Of a stretch of DNA of 64,000 nt, positions 28,105 through 39,191 are shown in pieces (positions within the stretch are counted from its first letter, which is position 1; every line of letters begins with the position of its first letter). The position numbers and the translations under genes were made by a program. Source of the stretch: Chrysomallon squamiferum (taxonomy: Eukaryota > Animalia > Mollusca). The notes beneath the pieces were generated by a model that was not told the origin of the DNA, ran no database searches, and saw only the letters and a program-made list of their open reading frames with translations. The stretch covers positions 35,588,001 to 35,652,000 of the forward strand of contig CM022665.1 in assembly GCA_012295275.1 (NCBI GenBank). The letters are read 5' to 3'.

Positions 28105-30480
28105 GAAGGTGACCAAATATTTATCACACAGTTAATTAATGAGTCTACAAAATTTCACTTCCGTACTTGCATAATGCATTTACTTATTTGTATTTCTGAT
28201 CTGTACACTGTTTCAGCTAACACTTGTAGTCTGTGCCTGCAACTGGCTGTGTGACAAAAAGCTCACTAAAGACCTAAGTATCGACGGGTACATCAGTATC
28301 ACACTACTAAACAGGAAATAAATGAACTAAACAGTAAAGTAAGGGTGTTAATACTAAAAGGTGAGCTTTTAGTAAAACTAAAAGAATGAACTTAGTAGTT
28401 TCATGTACGACACTTAAGTTTAACACTGTTTTTTTTTTTTTTTTTTTTTTTTTTTTTGGTCTACTTTCATGGAAAGGACAGGAAGAATAACACACCTTTA
28501 TGTATTAAATGTTTTATATTTTCAGATAAAATCCAGGAACGTGAAAGGAGATCATATTCTCGTGTCGGAGAAAAATAAAATGATATAATAAAGTTAAGAT
28601 AATCGATGTTGTTTTTATTTCAACCTCCAATCACGGAACATAGTCAAAATATGATCATTATACAATAAATAAAAATATTAAGATATGCATTTAAATAAGT
28701 GTAAAATTTAATGTTTTCTCTTTTAATGATATTATGAAAGACAAGTTACAAACCGTAAAAAGACATAAATACAGAAAGACAAAAGTACTTTCGTACAAAC
28801 ATTCATATAAACATACACATGTATATGTGTACATCCACACATACATACTTATATACATACAAATTTACATACATATATAAACATTCATGCACACATGCTT
28901 GTAAATACACACACATATTTAGATATCATGTAAGCAGACACATCGGAAAGCAAAAATAACTACACGTATCTGTACAAAAGATTAATTCTTTTATTACTGT
29001 TATAATTACTGTTGTATGTTTTAAAGCATTTCTAACAACTAACCTGATGATTTTTTTAATAGAGTTTGTTAAACAAATATGAATAAAAATCCTACTGCAC
29101 GCAATTTTAATTTAGAAGAGGAAAGTCTGAATTGAAGTAAAAGTCAGAGATTTCTCTGAAAAAGAATCTGCTTATGTGAGAATTAGGTGCTCAAGTTAAG
29201 AATTCCATATTTGTTTATTTCACTACTATTCAATTCCTAGTGCTCAAGAATGAGCAATATATAAATACAATCGACAGCTATAATAAATGATACTTGTATA
29301 TGACTCGGTATTCTTTTTCCTTTTTTTTTTCTTTTTTTTTTTTTTTTTTTTTTGGCGAGGTTCGGTGTGACCAAACAATGCAACACTTTCAACCACTTTG
29401 CACTTTTCTGACAACGATACTGTCGTGATTAAAGTATGTTAGAACATTATTACATTGGCGTGAATCAATGAAATGCGAACAACCCTTTGACACACGTATA
29501 CATAAACAATTAAATACATTTATATACAAACGTCCGTACGTACATTCACAGATACTTACATACTTGCATATATAATACTGACTTACCTACGTCAGTACAT
29601 AGACACCTACGTACACACACAAACACACGCACGAACACAGACACAGAATACATGGATTATACGTACATGCGTACATAGATATACACATACATAAGGCAAG
29701 AACAGCTAATGGAAATGATGATGTAAACTCTGTAAGAAAATAAATTGAAATTCAACTTTGTAGGAATATAATGATATTTATATAAAAATATCACACATGA
29801 TGGATTCAAATACAGCAACAGATAGGACTAGGAAATTGTGTATCTTAGTAAGTTTCGAAAAGTGTACATCATTTACTCTTATTTTCTCTTTCAGTATTCA
29901 CTGTCATTGTTTAGGTTCTATTTCAATTCCCAAGTAGCAAAAAAGCGACAAACGATAAAAGAGTAATTGTATTTTACGCATTGTTTTGAACGTTTTTGCA
30001 TACACATTTTGAACAATGTTTCTGGAGGAGTTTATCAGCACTCAAAACGAAATTTAATAAACAAACGCTTAAAAAAGAAATGTAAAACGAGTCAAAATAT
30101 CAACAGTTAACAGTTTTATTTACACAAGCATGTTTTTGTCAACACTTCATACTTCTAAGGTATTGTATGTTATCTGAAACGAAAACGAAAACATATTAAT
30201 CGGTTATGTAGTTGAGTTCACAAAGATAATACTAAATAAAATAAACTTTTCAATGCTGTATGCAGGTAAAATATCTTATAAAATATTATCATGAATTTGT
30301 AATTCGTAAAATGATTATTAAGTATTCTAAATTTTAACTTAGGACCTACTGATCAAATACAGACATTTCAAAATGTAGAAACATATTACTGGATACCGAG
30401 GTCTTGCAAACGTTACGTACCGAAACACACCAAAAACATAAAAAAATTAAATAATCCGATAAGAATGTTTCTTCATGTTT

Positions 30481-30920
30481 TCAGTATGAGCCGTATTCTT
30501 CGAATCCATTTCCGTATCCAGTTCCGTATCCTGTTGCGTATGCAGTTCCGTATCCATTTCCATATCCGGTCCCGTATCCACTTCCGTACCCGTTTCCGTA
30601 TCCAGATCCTGTACCACTTCCATTTCCACCTCCGTATCCTCCTCCATATCCAGTTCCGTATCCACCATATCCACCATATCCAGACCCGTGTCCTCCTCCA
30701 AATGTTCCCCATCCTCCGCCAGATTTACCCTGTCCTCCCCCTACTGTGTACCGTCATAACCGCTCTTTCCGTATCCGCCCCATCCAAAGACGCCTCCTCC
30801 GAATCCACCTTTACCGTCTCACCAACCGCCAGTCAAGCTTCCGCCGTATCCATAATAGGTTTGACTGGCGCAAGCCAGAGACAAGCAGACGGCAAGAACG
30901 ATGAAAACAGCCTCCATCAT
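30481..30920 (-). pseudogene. Decayed paralogue of the secreted Gly-rich family (cluster gene 3), not visible as a single ORF in the track
   Basis: Manual translation gives MMEAVFIVLAVCLSLACASQTYYGYGGSLTGGW*DGKGGFGGGVFGWGGYGKSGYD, then a 1-nt frameshift near 30750, then YTVGGGQGKSGGGWGTFGGGHGSGYGGY...GFEEYGSY*. In-frame TGA at 30819-30821. The AG acceptor before the ATG is missing. The exon-1 donor at 31108, last-exon acceptor at 30174 and poly(A) signal at 30115-30120 are still recognisable. Confidence 0.88.
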
Positions 30921-31014
30921 TTGTGTAAAAAAAAAATTGATAACTTTTAAACTACATCGATTTTGAAATTATTTCTATAAATTCAAAATGTTTGATATAT
31001 CTAACGGATTGAAT

Positions 31015-31048
<34 letters not shown>

Positions 31049-31156
31049 AAATTAAAAAAAAAAAATCACTTTTCTTCTTTTGAAAATTAACACAGTTTGT
31101 ACACTTACTCTGTCGGTGATCGGATTTTTAGTGATCTGCCTTCATTTCTTTGGGAC

Positions 31157-31478
31157 TTATTTACACACGTAATTTGTTGGTAAACTCTAACGAGGTAATA
31201 ATATCTAACATCACACAATGGTACTTAAATTAAAATTCCCATCTGTAAGAAGAAGACGTCAGTGATGCTACCATAGATCACTGAATGTGAATTGTAATTA
31301 TTTTAATAAAAACCTATTTTTATGAACTTTTTACCTAAAGTAAGCGTCATTCTACAATTTACAAACTAATTAGTCCCTAATTTACAATACTTAGTTTGAT
31401 TTGAACTTTTGGCTGACGATTGAAACATATCTCACCCCGGCATTATGATTACTATGATAGTAATTAATTAATTTAATA

Positions 31479-31534
<56 letters not shown>

Positions 31535-33436
31535 CAACAACAACAACAACAACAACTGCAACAACAACAACAACAACAACAATAATAATAATAACAATAA
31601 ATTGTTTTCAGAATTAATGGAGAAAAAACGGAACATATTTATTTCCTTAAGTAATATGGTACTGGTATTAGTTTTAAAATCATTTTGTTATATGTCAGGA
31701 AAAGAAATGAAACAAGAAGGTCCTTTCCGTATTTGCTTAAAAAAAAAACAAATACTAATAATTAGTCAGTAAAAAAATTATTGTCATCAATCTGAAACAA
31801 ATTATAAGGTCAAAGTAAACTGATCGATTTCAAATCAATCAGCTTACCCAGAAGTTCAACATAAGTGACATTCTATTTATTGTGACCTCACGACGAAGTT
31901 AAGTAATACATTTTGTGTATAAATAGGGCGGGAAAGAGAACACTTTAGATTACTTCTGAAAAGCAACACAGTAAGTAAACTTGACAAATATTTGCACTTT
32001 GTTTCTTTCATTAATTACTAATGGAATGATAAAATATCTATTAGCTTAAATGATTTTTGTATATTTGTTTTTAAGTTAAATCAATAAAAGTTAACTTCGA
32101 AATAAAATTATAGCGTGTCTAAAATCTAACAGTTTTCGAATTTTCCTTTCTGAATTGTATTTTGATGAGAAACAATTTCACTCAGTATTTTATGCAGTTC
32201 GACTAACAATAATGAATTGCTAGTATATGCATTTGAATGATATTCTCACTACGTTATATACCTTACTTAAAATTTGCAAGTTTACGATAATAAATCTATT
32301 TTTTGTAGCCATTTACAATGATGAAAGCTATCTTCGCCGTTCTTGCCATCTGCTTGTCTGTTGCCTGTGCCGGGCAAAGCTATTATGGATATTACGGAAA
32401 AGGTAATGGAGGTTTAGGCGGATGGGGTGGAGGACACGGTGGAGGATGGGGAGGTTTCGGGGGAGGACACGGCGGAGGTTGGGGAGGATTCGGAGGGGAC
32501 ACGGAGGTGGATGGGGAGGATTTGGAGGAGGACACGGAGGTGGATGGGGAGGATTCGGAGGAGGAAAAGGCGGACACGGAGGAGGATGGGGAGGATACGG
32601 GGGCGGTTATGGAGGAGGATATGGAGGATACGGAGGCGGATACGGGGGCGGATTCGGAGGATATGGAAACCAATACGGAAGCGGATATAACACATATTGA
32701 GAAGGTGACCAAATATTTATCACACAGTTAATTAATGAGTCTACAAAATTTCACTTCCGTACTTGCATAATGCATTTACTTATTTGTATTTCTGATCTGT
32801 ACACTGTTTCAGCTAACACTTGTAGTCTGTGCCTGCAACTGGCTGTGTGACAAAAAGCTCACTAAAGACCTAAGTATCGACGGGTACATCAGTATCACAC
32901 TACTAAACAGGAAATAAATGAACTAAACAGTAAAGTAAGGGTGTTAATACTAAAAGGTGAGCTTTTAGTAAAACTAAAAGAATGAACTTAGTAGTTTCAT
33001 GTACGACACTTAAGTTTAACACTGTTTTTTTTTTTTTTTTTTTTTTTTGTTGTTGTTCTTTTATTTTTTATTTTTTTTTTTATTTTTTTTTTTTTTTTTA
33101 TCTACTTTCATGGAAAGGACAGGAAGAATAACACACCTTTATGTATTAAATGTTTTATATTTTCAGATAAAATCCAGGAACGTGAAAGGAGATCATATTC
33201 TCGTGTCGGAGAAAAATAAAATGATATAATAAAGTTAAGATAATCGATGTTGTTTTTATTTCAACCTCCAATCACGGAACATAGTCAAAATATGATCATT
33301 ATACAATAAATAAAAATATTAAGATATGCATTTAAATAAGTGTAAAATTTAATGTTTTCTCTTTTAATGATATTATGAAAGACAAGTTACAAACCGTAAA
33401 AAGACATAAATACAGAAAGACAAAAGTACTTTCGTA
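31157..33436 (+). repeat. Copy B of the ~2.25 kb direct duplication
   Basis: Near-identical to 26556-28795; both junctions are abrupt. Confidence 0.95.
32318..32700 (+). pseudogene. Duplicate of gene 2 with a 1-nt deletion (gene 2B); frameshifted allele or paralogue, or a sequencing error
   Basis: Identical coding sequence to 27721-28104 except that G5 (27898-27902) reads G4 (32495-32498). TATA at 31918 and introns 31971-32308 and 32705-33166 are intact. As written, it reads into an Asp/Glu-rich frame. Confidence 0.65.
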
Positions 33437-34550
33437 TATTTATCACACAGTTAATTAATGAGTCTACAAAATTTCACTTCCGTACTTGCATTATGCATTT
33501 ACTTATTTGTATTTCTGATCTGTACACTTTTTCAACTTACACAAATAACTGTGATAAAAAGCTGACTATAGGCCTAAGTATCAACGAGTTGTTCGGTATG
33601 GTACTGATGTTTCCAGGATATAATAACTTTAATCAGTGAATAAGTGAACGTAATAGTAAAACAATGAAATTAATATTTTGTTTAGATGTATATACCACAC
33701 TTATAGTATATTCTTTAGAAATACGTTTAACTCGTGGAAAAGATAGAAAAAATAATACACCTGTATGTATTAATGAGTCTGTGTTCCTCTTGTAATTATT
33801 GTTATCTTCTTTTCTGTTTCATTTTCATTGAGATTTTTTTGTTGTTTTTTTTTTTTTTTTTTTTTTTTTAGGTAAGATACATGAACGTGAAAGGACATCA
33901 TATTGTCGTGACTGAAAAAATAAAATGATATAATAAAGTCCAGATATTGGCTGTTGTTTTTATTTTAAGTGTAGTTATATTTTTTAGTCTGTCAACATGG
34001 GCAAAATAGCATATATATATACACACCATATCAAATATATTAATATATTGTTTTTGCATTTTAAAATTAATGTTTTTTCAGAAATATGAAAGACAAGTTA
34101 GAAACCGTAAAAGACATAAATATATACATACGTACGTACGTCGTACATCAGTACATAGATATATTCAGATATACATACGTACTTACATGTACCTATGTAC
34201 ATCTATTCATTTTTAGATATATGCATATTAAATGCACAGCTGCTTATGTACGTAAATAAATCGGAGATGTGAAACAGATTACGAAATATATGTAAGTTTA
34301 TCTATTTTTTTATTATTTTTTTGTTTTGTTATTATTGTTTTTGTTGGTGTTTTAGAGCAGCTTTATCAGCTGATATGAAGTAGTGTACAGTTTGATGTCT
34401 TTGATAACCTCCTAATACAATTTTTAAAATAAATATGAATACAAATGTGACGGAACAGTTTTAATTTAGAATTTGAAAATGTGAAATGGAGAAAAAGTCA
34501 TTGATTTCTCTGAAAGAAAATCTGCTTTTATAAGAATTAGGTGACCAAGT
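33437..34550 (+). pseudogene. Orphan 3' part (3'-UTR intron, last exon, downstream flank) of another gene-2-like paralogue
   Basis: Homologous to 28118-~29200. The intron start is near-identical. The last-exon equivalent at ~33872-33960 (gaacgtgaaagga..catatt..aaaataaaatgatataataaag) and the flank motifs (gaaagacaagtta.aaaccgtaaaa; gatttctctgaaa..aatctgctt..agaattaggtg) are diverged. It has no coding exon of its own. Confidence 0.8.
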
Positions 34551-35741
34551 TCTTATATCACATCATCATTTCATTCTTAGTTTTTACAAAGTATTGTTGT
34601 TGTTTGTTTGTTTGTTTTTCAACGCCTTATAAACCATAATAGTTCCATACTGGCGTATAATACTCTGGAAAAAAAATTAAAAATTAAAAAATGTATTACA
34701 CTTTAATTTCTCGGGCAATGATCTGACATTCCATTCGTTTTGGTTGTCAGTTCACTGTCAGCATGCACTGTGTACAGAAGTTGGTGAATAATCAATACAG
34801 TTTGTTTATTCTTTGTGTCAAATAATTCAAATGGAACATTATATCAGTTCTTTTATTTTAATAAAAGTTTTGTGGATCTCAGTAATGTTTGAGATTTAAC
34901 TTTGCGCCTGTTGATGATATAGATGAAAAAATAAACTGTCTCAGACATTAGGAAAATTACCCTGGAGTACTGCTGATTTCTAGCAGGCCATGTCGCATTC
35001 AGTGGGTCACTGACAAGAAAAAAAATGCAACACTAAATACTGATATGTATGGACCACATAAAGTTTCCTAGTACGTTATAGTCTCTTTATTTGGCAACAT
35101 AACTAATATAATGTTATGTGAATGCCAAATTTCTTCAAAAAATATAATAATAATAATAAAAATAATAATGTCTTGGCTTAAACTTTTGCAGATAACCAGT
35201 ATTAAACCACTGGCATACATTATATACAAAAATTATCTTTGTAACATTTTCATACAAAAATTTTGTACATGATTGTATTTCTAGGTTTTATAACGTTTTG
35301 GGTTATTGTTGATATTAGAATATGTCTCATATGTTTCTCTCTCTTTCTGTTTATATCTGTGTTTTTTGTATATGAGCAAATGTTAGAAGGAATACAATAA
35401 TAAGTGAGTGCGACAGAGATAATCTATTTGTATGTGAATTTGGAAAAATTATTGATGAAGTAGTAATAAATTTAATATATATCAAACAAAAGAGTCAACT
35501 GAAAATTATCAGGTAATAATTTATAAAATATGGTATTATGTATAAATTTCTGCAGTAACAATTAGCTTAGCAACAGCTTACCTAAAATATTATTTAAATC
35601 ATTTAAAATCGATTCTTAATATTTAAATACCTAATCACTAATTCCAAATACAAAATTAATATTTCAGCAAAGATTTAAGTAATAATATGAAATGTAGGAA
35701 CCATCACCGGGTTTGTGAGAACTGTAATATAATATATTCAA

Positions 35742-36130
35742 AGATAAGTATGTGTAAGAAATAAATGTATATCTTTATAAGATAATTACGTTTAAGAAAT
35801 AAATATTTATGTTTATAAGATAATTATTTTTAAGAAATAAATGTATATATTTTTATATAAGATAATTATGTTTAAGAAATAAGTATATATTTTTATAAGA
35901 TAATTATGTTTAAGAAATAAATATATATTTTTATAAGACAATTACGTTTAAGAAATCTATATATATTTTTATAAGATAATTATGTTTAAGAAATAAATAT
36001 ATATATTTTTATAAGATAATTATGTTTAAGAAATAAATGTATATATTTTTATATAGAATAATTCTGCTTAAGAAATAAATATATATTTTTATAAGATAAT
36101 TATGTTTAAGAAATTAGTATATTTGTTATA
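35742..36130. repeat. AT-rich minisatellite, ~38-42 bp unit, about 10 copies
   Basis: Consensus approximately AGATAATTATGTTTAAGAAATAAATATATATTTTTATA, repeated head to tail. Confidence 0.9.
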
Positions 36131-37270
36131 CTTTGCTTGGGAGAAGATATATTGTAATATTAAACAGAAGTTGTTTGTTCTCTCCCAGGGATGGATTTGG
36201 AATGTCAGACAGCATGGAGAACGCCATAGTTAGTGACGGACATAGCTTTTGAGAGATGATGATAATGATGATGATGGTCTTGATGATGATGTGTGTATTA
36301 ATTTGAGGCAGATAGAGAGAAAATCTTTTAGGTATGTATGTTTTTAAAAGAAAGAGAAATTGTATCTGCGAGAGAGAGAATATGTTTGTGTTATGTAGAT
36401 CAGAGAGAAAGTATGTGTCTAAGTGTGTGTGTGGGGGGGTGTGCGTTATAAATTTAAAACGAGAGTTTGTGCGTGATAGAGAATGAATATCGACTAGATA
36501 AAGTGTAAATGTATGTGAGTATGTGTGCTTATGCGTGTATGCGTGCTACAGAAAGAAACTTTATATGATAGGGTGAGAATTAGTTTGTGCATGTTTTTAT
36601 ATACCGTGCACGAAAGAGAAAATATTTGGATTATAAGCAAGAGTTTCTACGTGTCCGGAAAAAATACTTAAATCTTAGTATTTTGTACTCATGTTTAAGA
36701 CTTTCTATGCAATTCGTGGAATATGATGTTTCAGTATGTTTTAAAATGACAGAAGATAAAGCAAAAACAACTGTTAAATATTGACAGTTTTATTATATTA
36801 ATTCATTATTTAATTCTGTTACAGAATCAAAGTGTTACAATATTTTCTCCAAGTTATTAGACCGCGTCTGTAAAAAAAAAAAAAAAAAAAAAAAACAGTA
36901 TTAATGATAAATAAAAAAACAAAAAAAACCCATCATCAGTGAGTTAGGTGAATGTAAATAAATCTAAAGATTTGGAGTTATTTATATTTCTCATTAATCT
37001 GCAGCAGAAAAATGTTACGACTTTTCAGTTATAATGCATACAGTTGAGTTGATAAATTAAAATCATCCAGTTTATTATAACTGGTTTGTTGTGTTCCGTA
37101 ATTTTTTAATTATAGATTAAATTAAATCATACTGATAAATAATAAACTAAATTTATTTCTCACTAAAAACAATTTTATTTTTTCAGTATTTTTAAAAGCA
37201 CTGAAAGATCGCCTTACGATGTCTGTAATAATATTGTCCCATTTGTTTGTAAAATATTTTTCTTACCTTT

Positions 37271-37690
37271 TCAGTAGGCATTGTACCCGCCATATCCGCC
37301 TCCATGTCCGCCTCCGTATCCGCCTCCGTATCCGCCTCCGTATCCACCTCCGTATCCGCCTCCGTATCCACCTCCGTATCCACCTCCGTATCCGCCGCCG
37401 TAACCTCCGTGTCCTCCCCAACCTCCGTGTCCTCCCCATCCTCCTCCAACTCCTCCCCATCCTCCTCCGTGTCCTCCTCCAACTCCTCCCCATCCTCCTC
37501 CGTGTCCTCCTCCAACTCCTCCCCATCCTCCTCCGTGTCCTCCTCCATATCCTCCCCATCCTCCTTTTCCGTATCCGCCCCAACCACCGCCGAAGCCACC
37601 CTTCCCATTTCCCCAGCCGCCGTAATAACTTGGTACGGCTAAGGCAACTGTTAAGCACATGGCAAGAACGACGAAAACTGCTTTAATCAT
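37271..37690 (-). CDS. Secreted Gly/Trp/His/Tyr-rich protein with three HGGGW motifs, cluster gene 5 (139 aa)
   Basis: Signal peptide MIKAVFVVLAMCLTVALA, three GGGHGGGWGGV units, then a long (GGGY)n block; ends GYNAY. Acceptor tttctcag 2 nt before the ATG. 3'-UTR intron 37266-36868; AATAAA at 36794-36789. Confidence 0.93.
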   Translation of the reverse strand: MIKAVFVVLAMCLTVALAVPSYYGGWGNGKGGFGGGWGGYGKGGWGGYGGGHGGGWGGVGGGHGGGWGGVGGGHGGGWGGVGGGWGGHGGWGGHGGYGGGYGGGYGGGYGGGYGGGYGGGYGGGYGGGHGGGYGGYNAY

Positions 37691-38283
37691 TGCTGAGAAA
37701 GGAAAAAAAGGCGAATATGAGAACCAACCCTGTTTATAAAAGCATGTTTTATCAGTGTTAGAACTGTTTAATTAAGAAAATATCCTAAATATTTATCAAA
37801 TTTTATTCATCGAAAAACATTGTATTAATATTATAAAGTTTATTCAGTTCTCAAAATATCTTCTAGTTTATGAAATTCGTGTTTTAAAATGGTAAAGGTC
37901 GTTTTGTTATTTCATAAATATAGAATTAAATGTTTTTTAGTTATCACACAGTAGGTTATATTGAATATACATGTATGTATGCATATAGATATAGATATAG
38001 ATATAAACTCATTTGCAATGAATAAATTCTTTCCTACAGTTAAAGAATTAGAAGATTAAACATATAGTTTCCTGGTATTTCATATGCAGTGACATTTCTT
38101 TATATTAGTTTCGACCTTTTTTCTAAAGTTAATGCTACAAGAAAAAGAAAATTAAAATTTTTCCTGTCAGAACTTATTACGGTATTTCCAAAAAAGTATT
38201 TTAAAAATGAATTTATCGTTTGCACATCGTTAACTTACTAATTAGTTAAATGATAAAAAAAAAAACCTGGTATACTTACTTAC

Positions 38284-38449
38284 TTAGTGTTGATCAAATG
38301 ATAAGAATAATTTTTAACTTATTCGACTTCGTATTTATATAGAAACGTTTTGCAAAATGTCAGTGCCAGGGTTACTGACAGATCACTTTAATCAGAGTAT
38401 CGCTTGTACTTCCGTACAAATTGATTGATTTCTAACAGATTAACCTTGA
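38284..38449 (-). promoter_or_regulatory. Promoter and non-coding exon 1 of Gly-rich gene 5
   Basis: On the minus strand: TCAAGGTTA (38449-38441), ATCAATCA (38429-38422), TATAAATA (38339-38332) and tandem GTAAGT donors at 38283 and 38279. Confidence 0.75.
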
Positions 38450-39118
38450 TTTAACCGTTAAGTAGATTTCTAAGAACAATAATGTTTAACCTTGAGCAAC
38501 TAATTGTTTTTTAGGTCTTTGTTGGAATGCGACAGAAAACTCATTTGTATATGACAGATGATGTAAAAAACTGAATAAATATTTGTCATCGAATCAGGGA
38601 TTAAGTCCACTTTCAAACAAGCAATGAAAATTAAAATGCATTTAATCTTTTTAAATTTTTATACATTGACAAAAATAGGCTACATAAAGACCACCACAAC
38701 CACCTGTCACAGCTGTCAGTGTTTACCGATAAGTACCTAAGCACCATTATCTTAGTTACAGCATAATGAAATAGGAGGGATATCAAAATGAAGTTTAAAA
38801 TGTTACGTTATACGTGGTTCCATGTGAAGGCTGAAATTTCTTTAACATGTCAGCATATTCAGTTATTATTAGGTTTAAGAATTTTGTTTTATTAATATAG
38901 ATACAAATATAATTTTAAAAGTAAACTGTTTTATTTATCTTTCAAGTAAAAATATATTTATTTACATTTATTTAAAAAAAGAAACGTGTTCTAAAGTTGC
39001 CTTTTAACCATTTCTGTAATGGTACAAATATCCAAGTGAAAATATTTTGTTTTATTTCTATTTTTTTATTTTAAATGTGCAAACAACAACAATATTACTA
39101 CTACTGCTGCTGGTGCTG

Positions 39119-39191
<73 letters not shown>

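Noticed and set aside
35704-35725. TCACCGGG, resembling a miR-36-family 5' end
   Set aside because: No complementary arm or hairpin, and the rest of the sequence does not match.
35742-36130. CRISPR-like array
   Set aside because: Eukaryotic context; the units are contiguous with no unique spacers.
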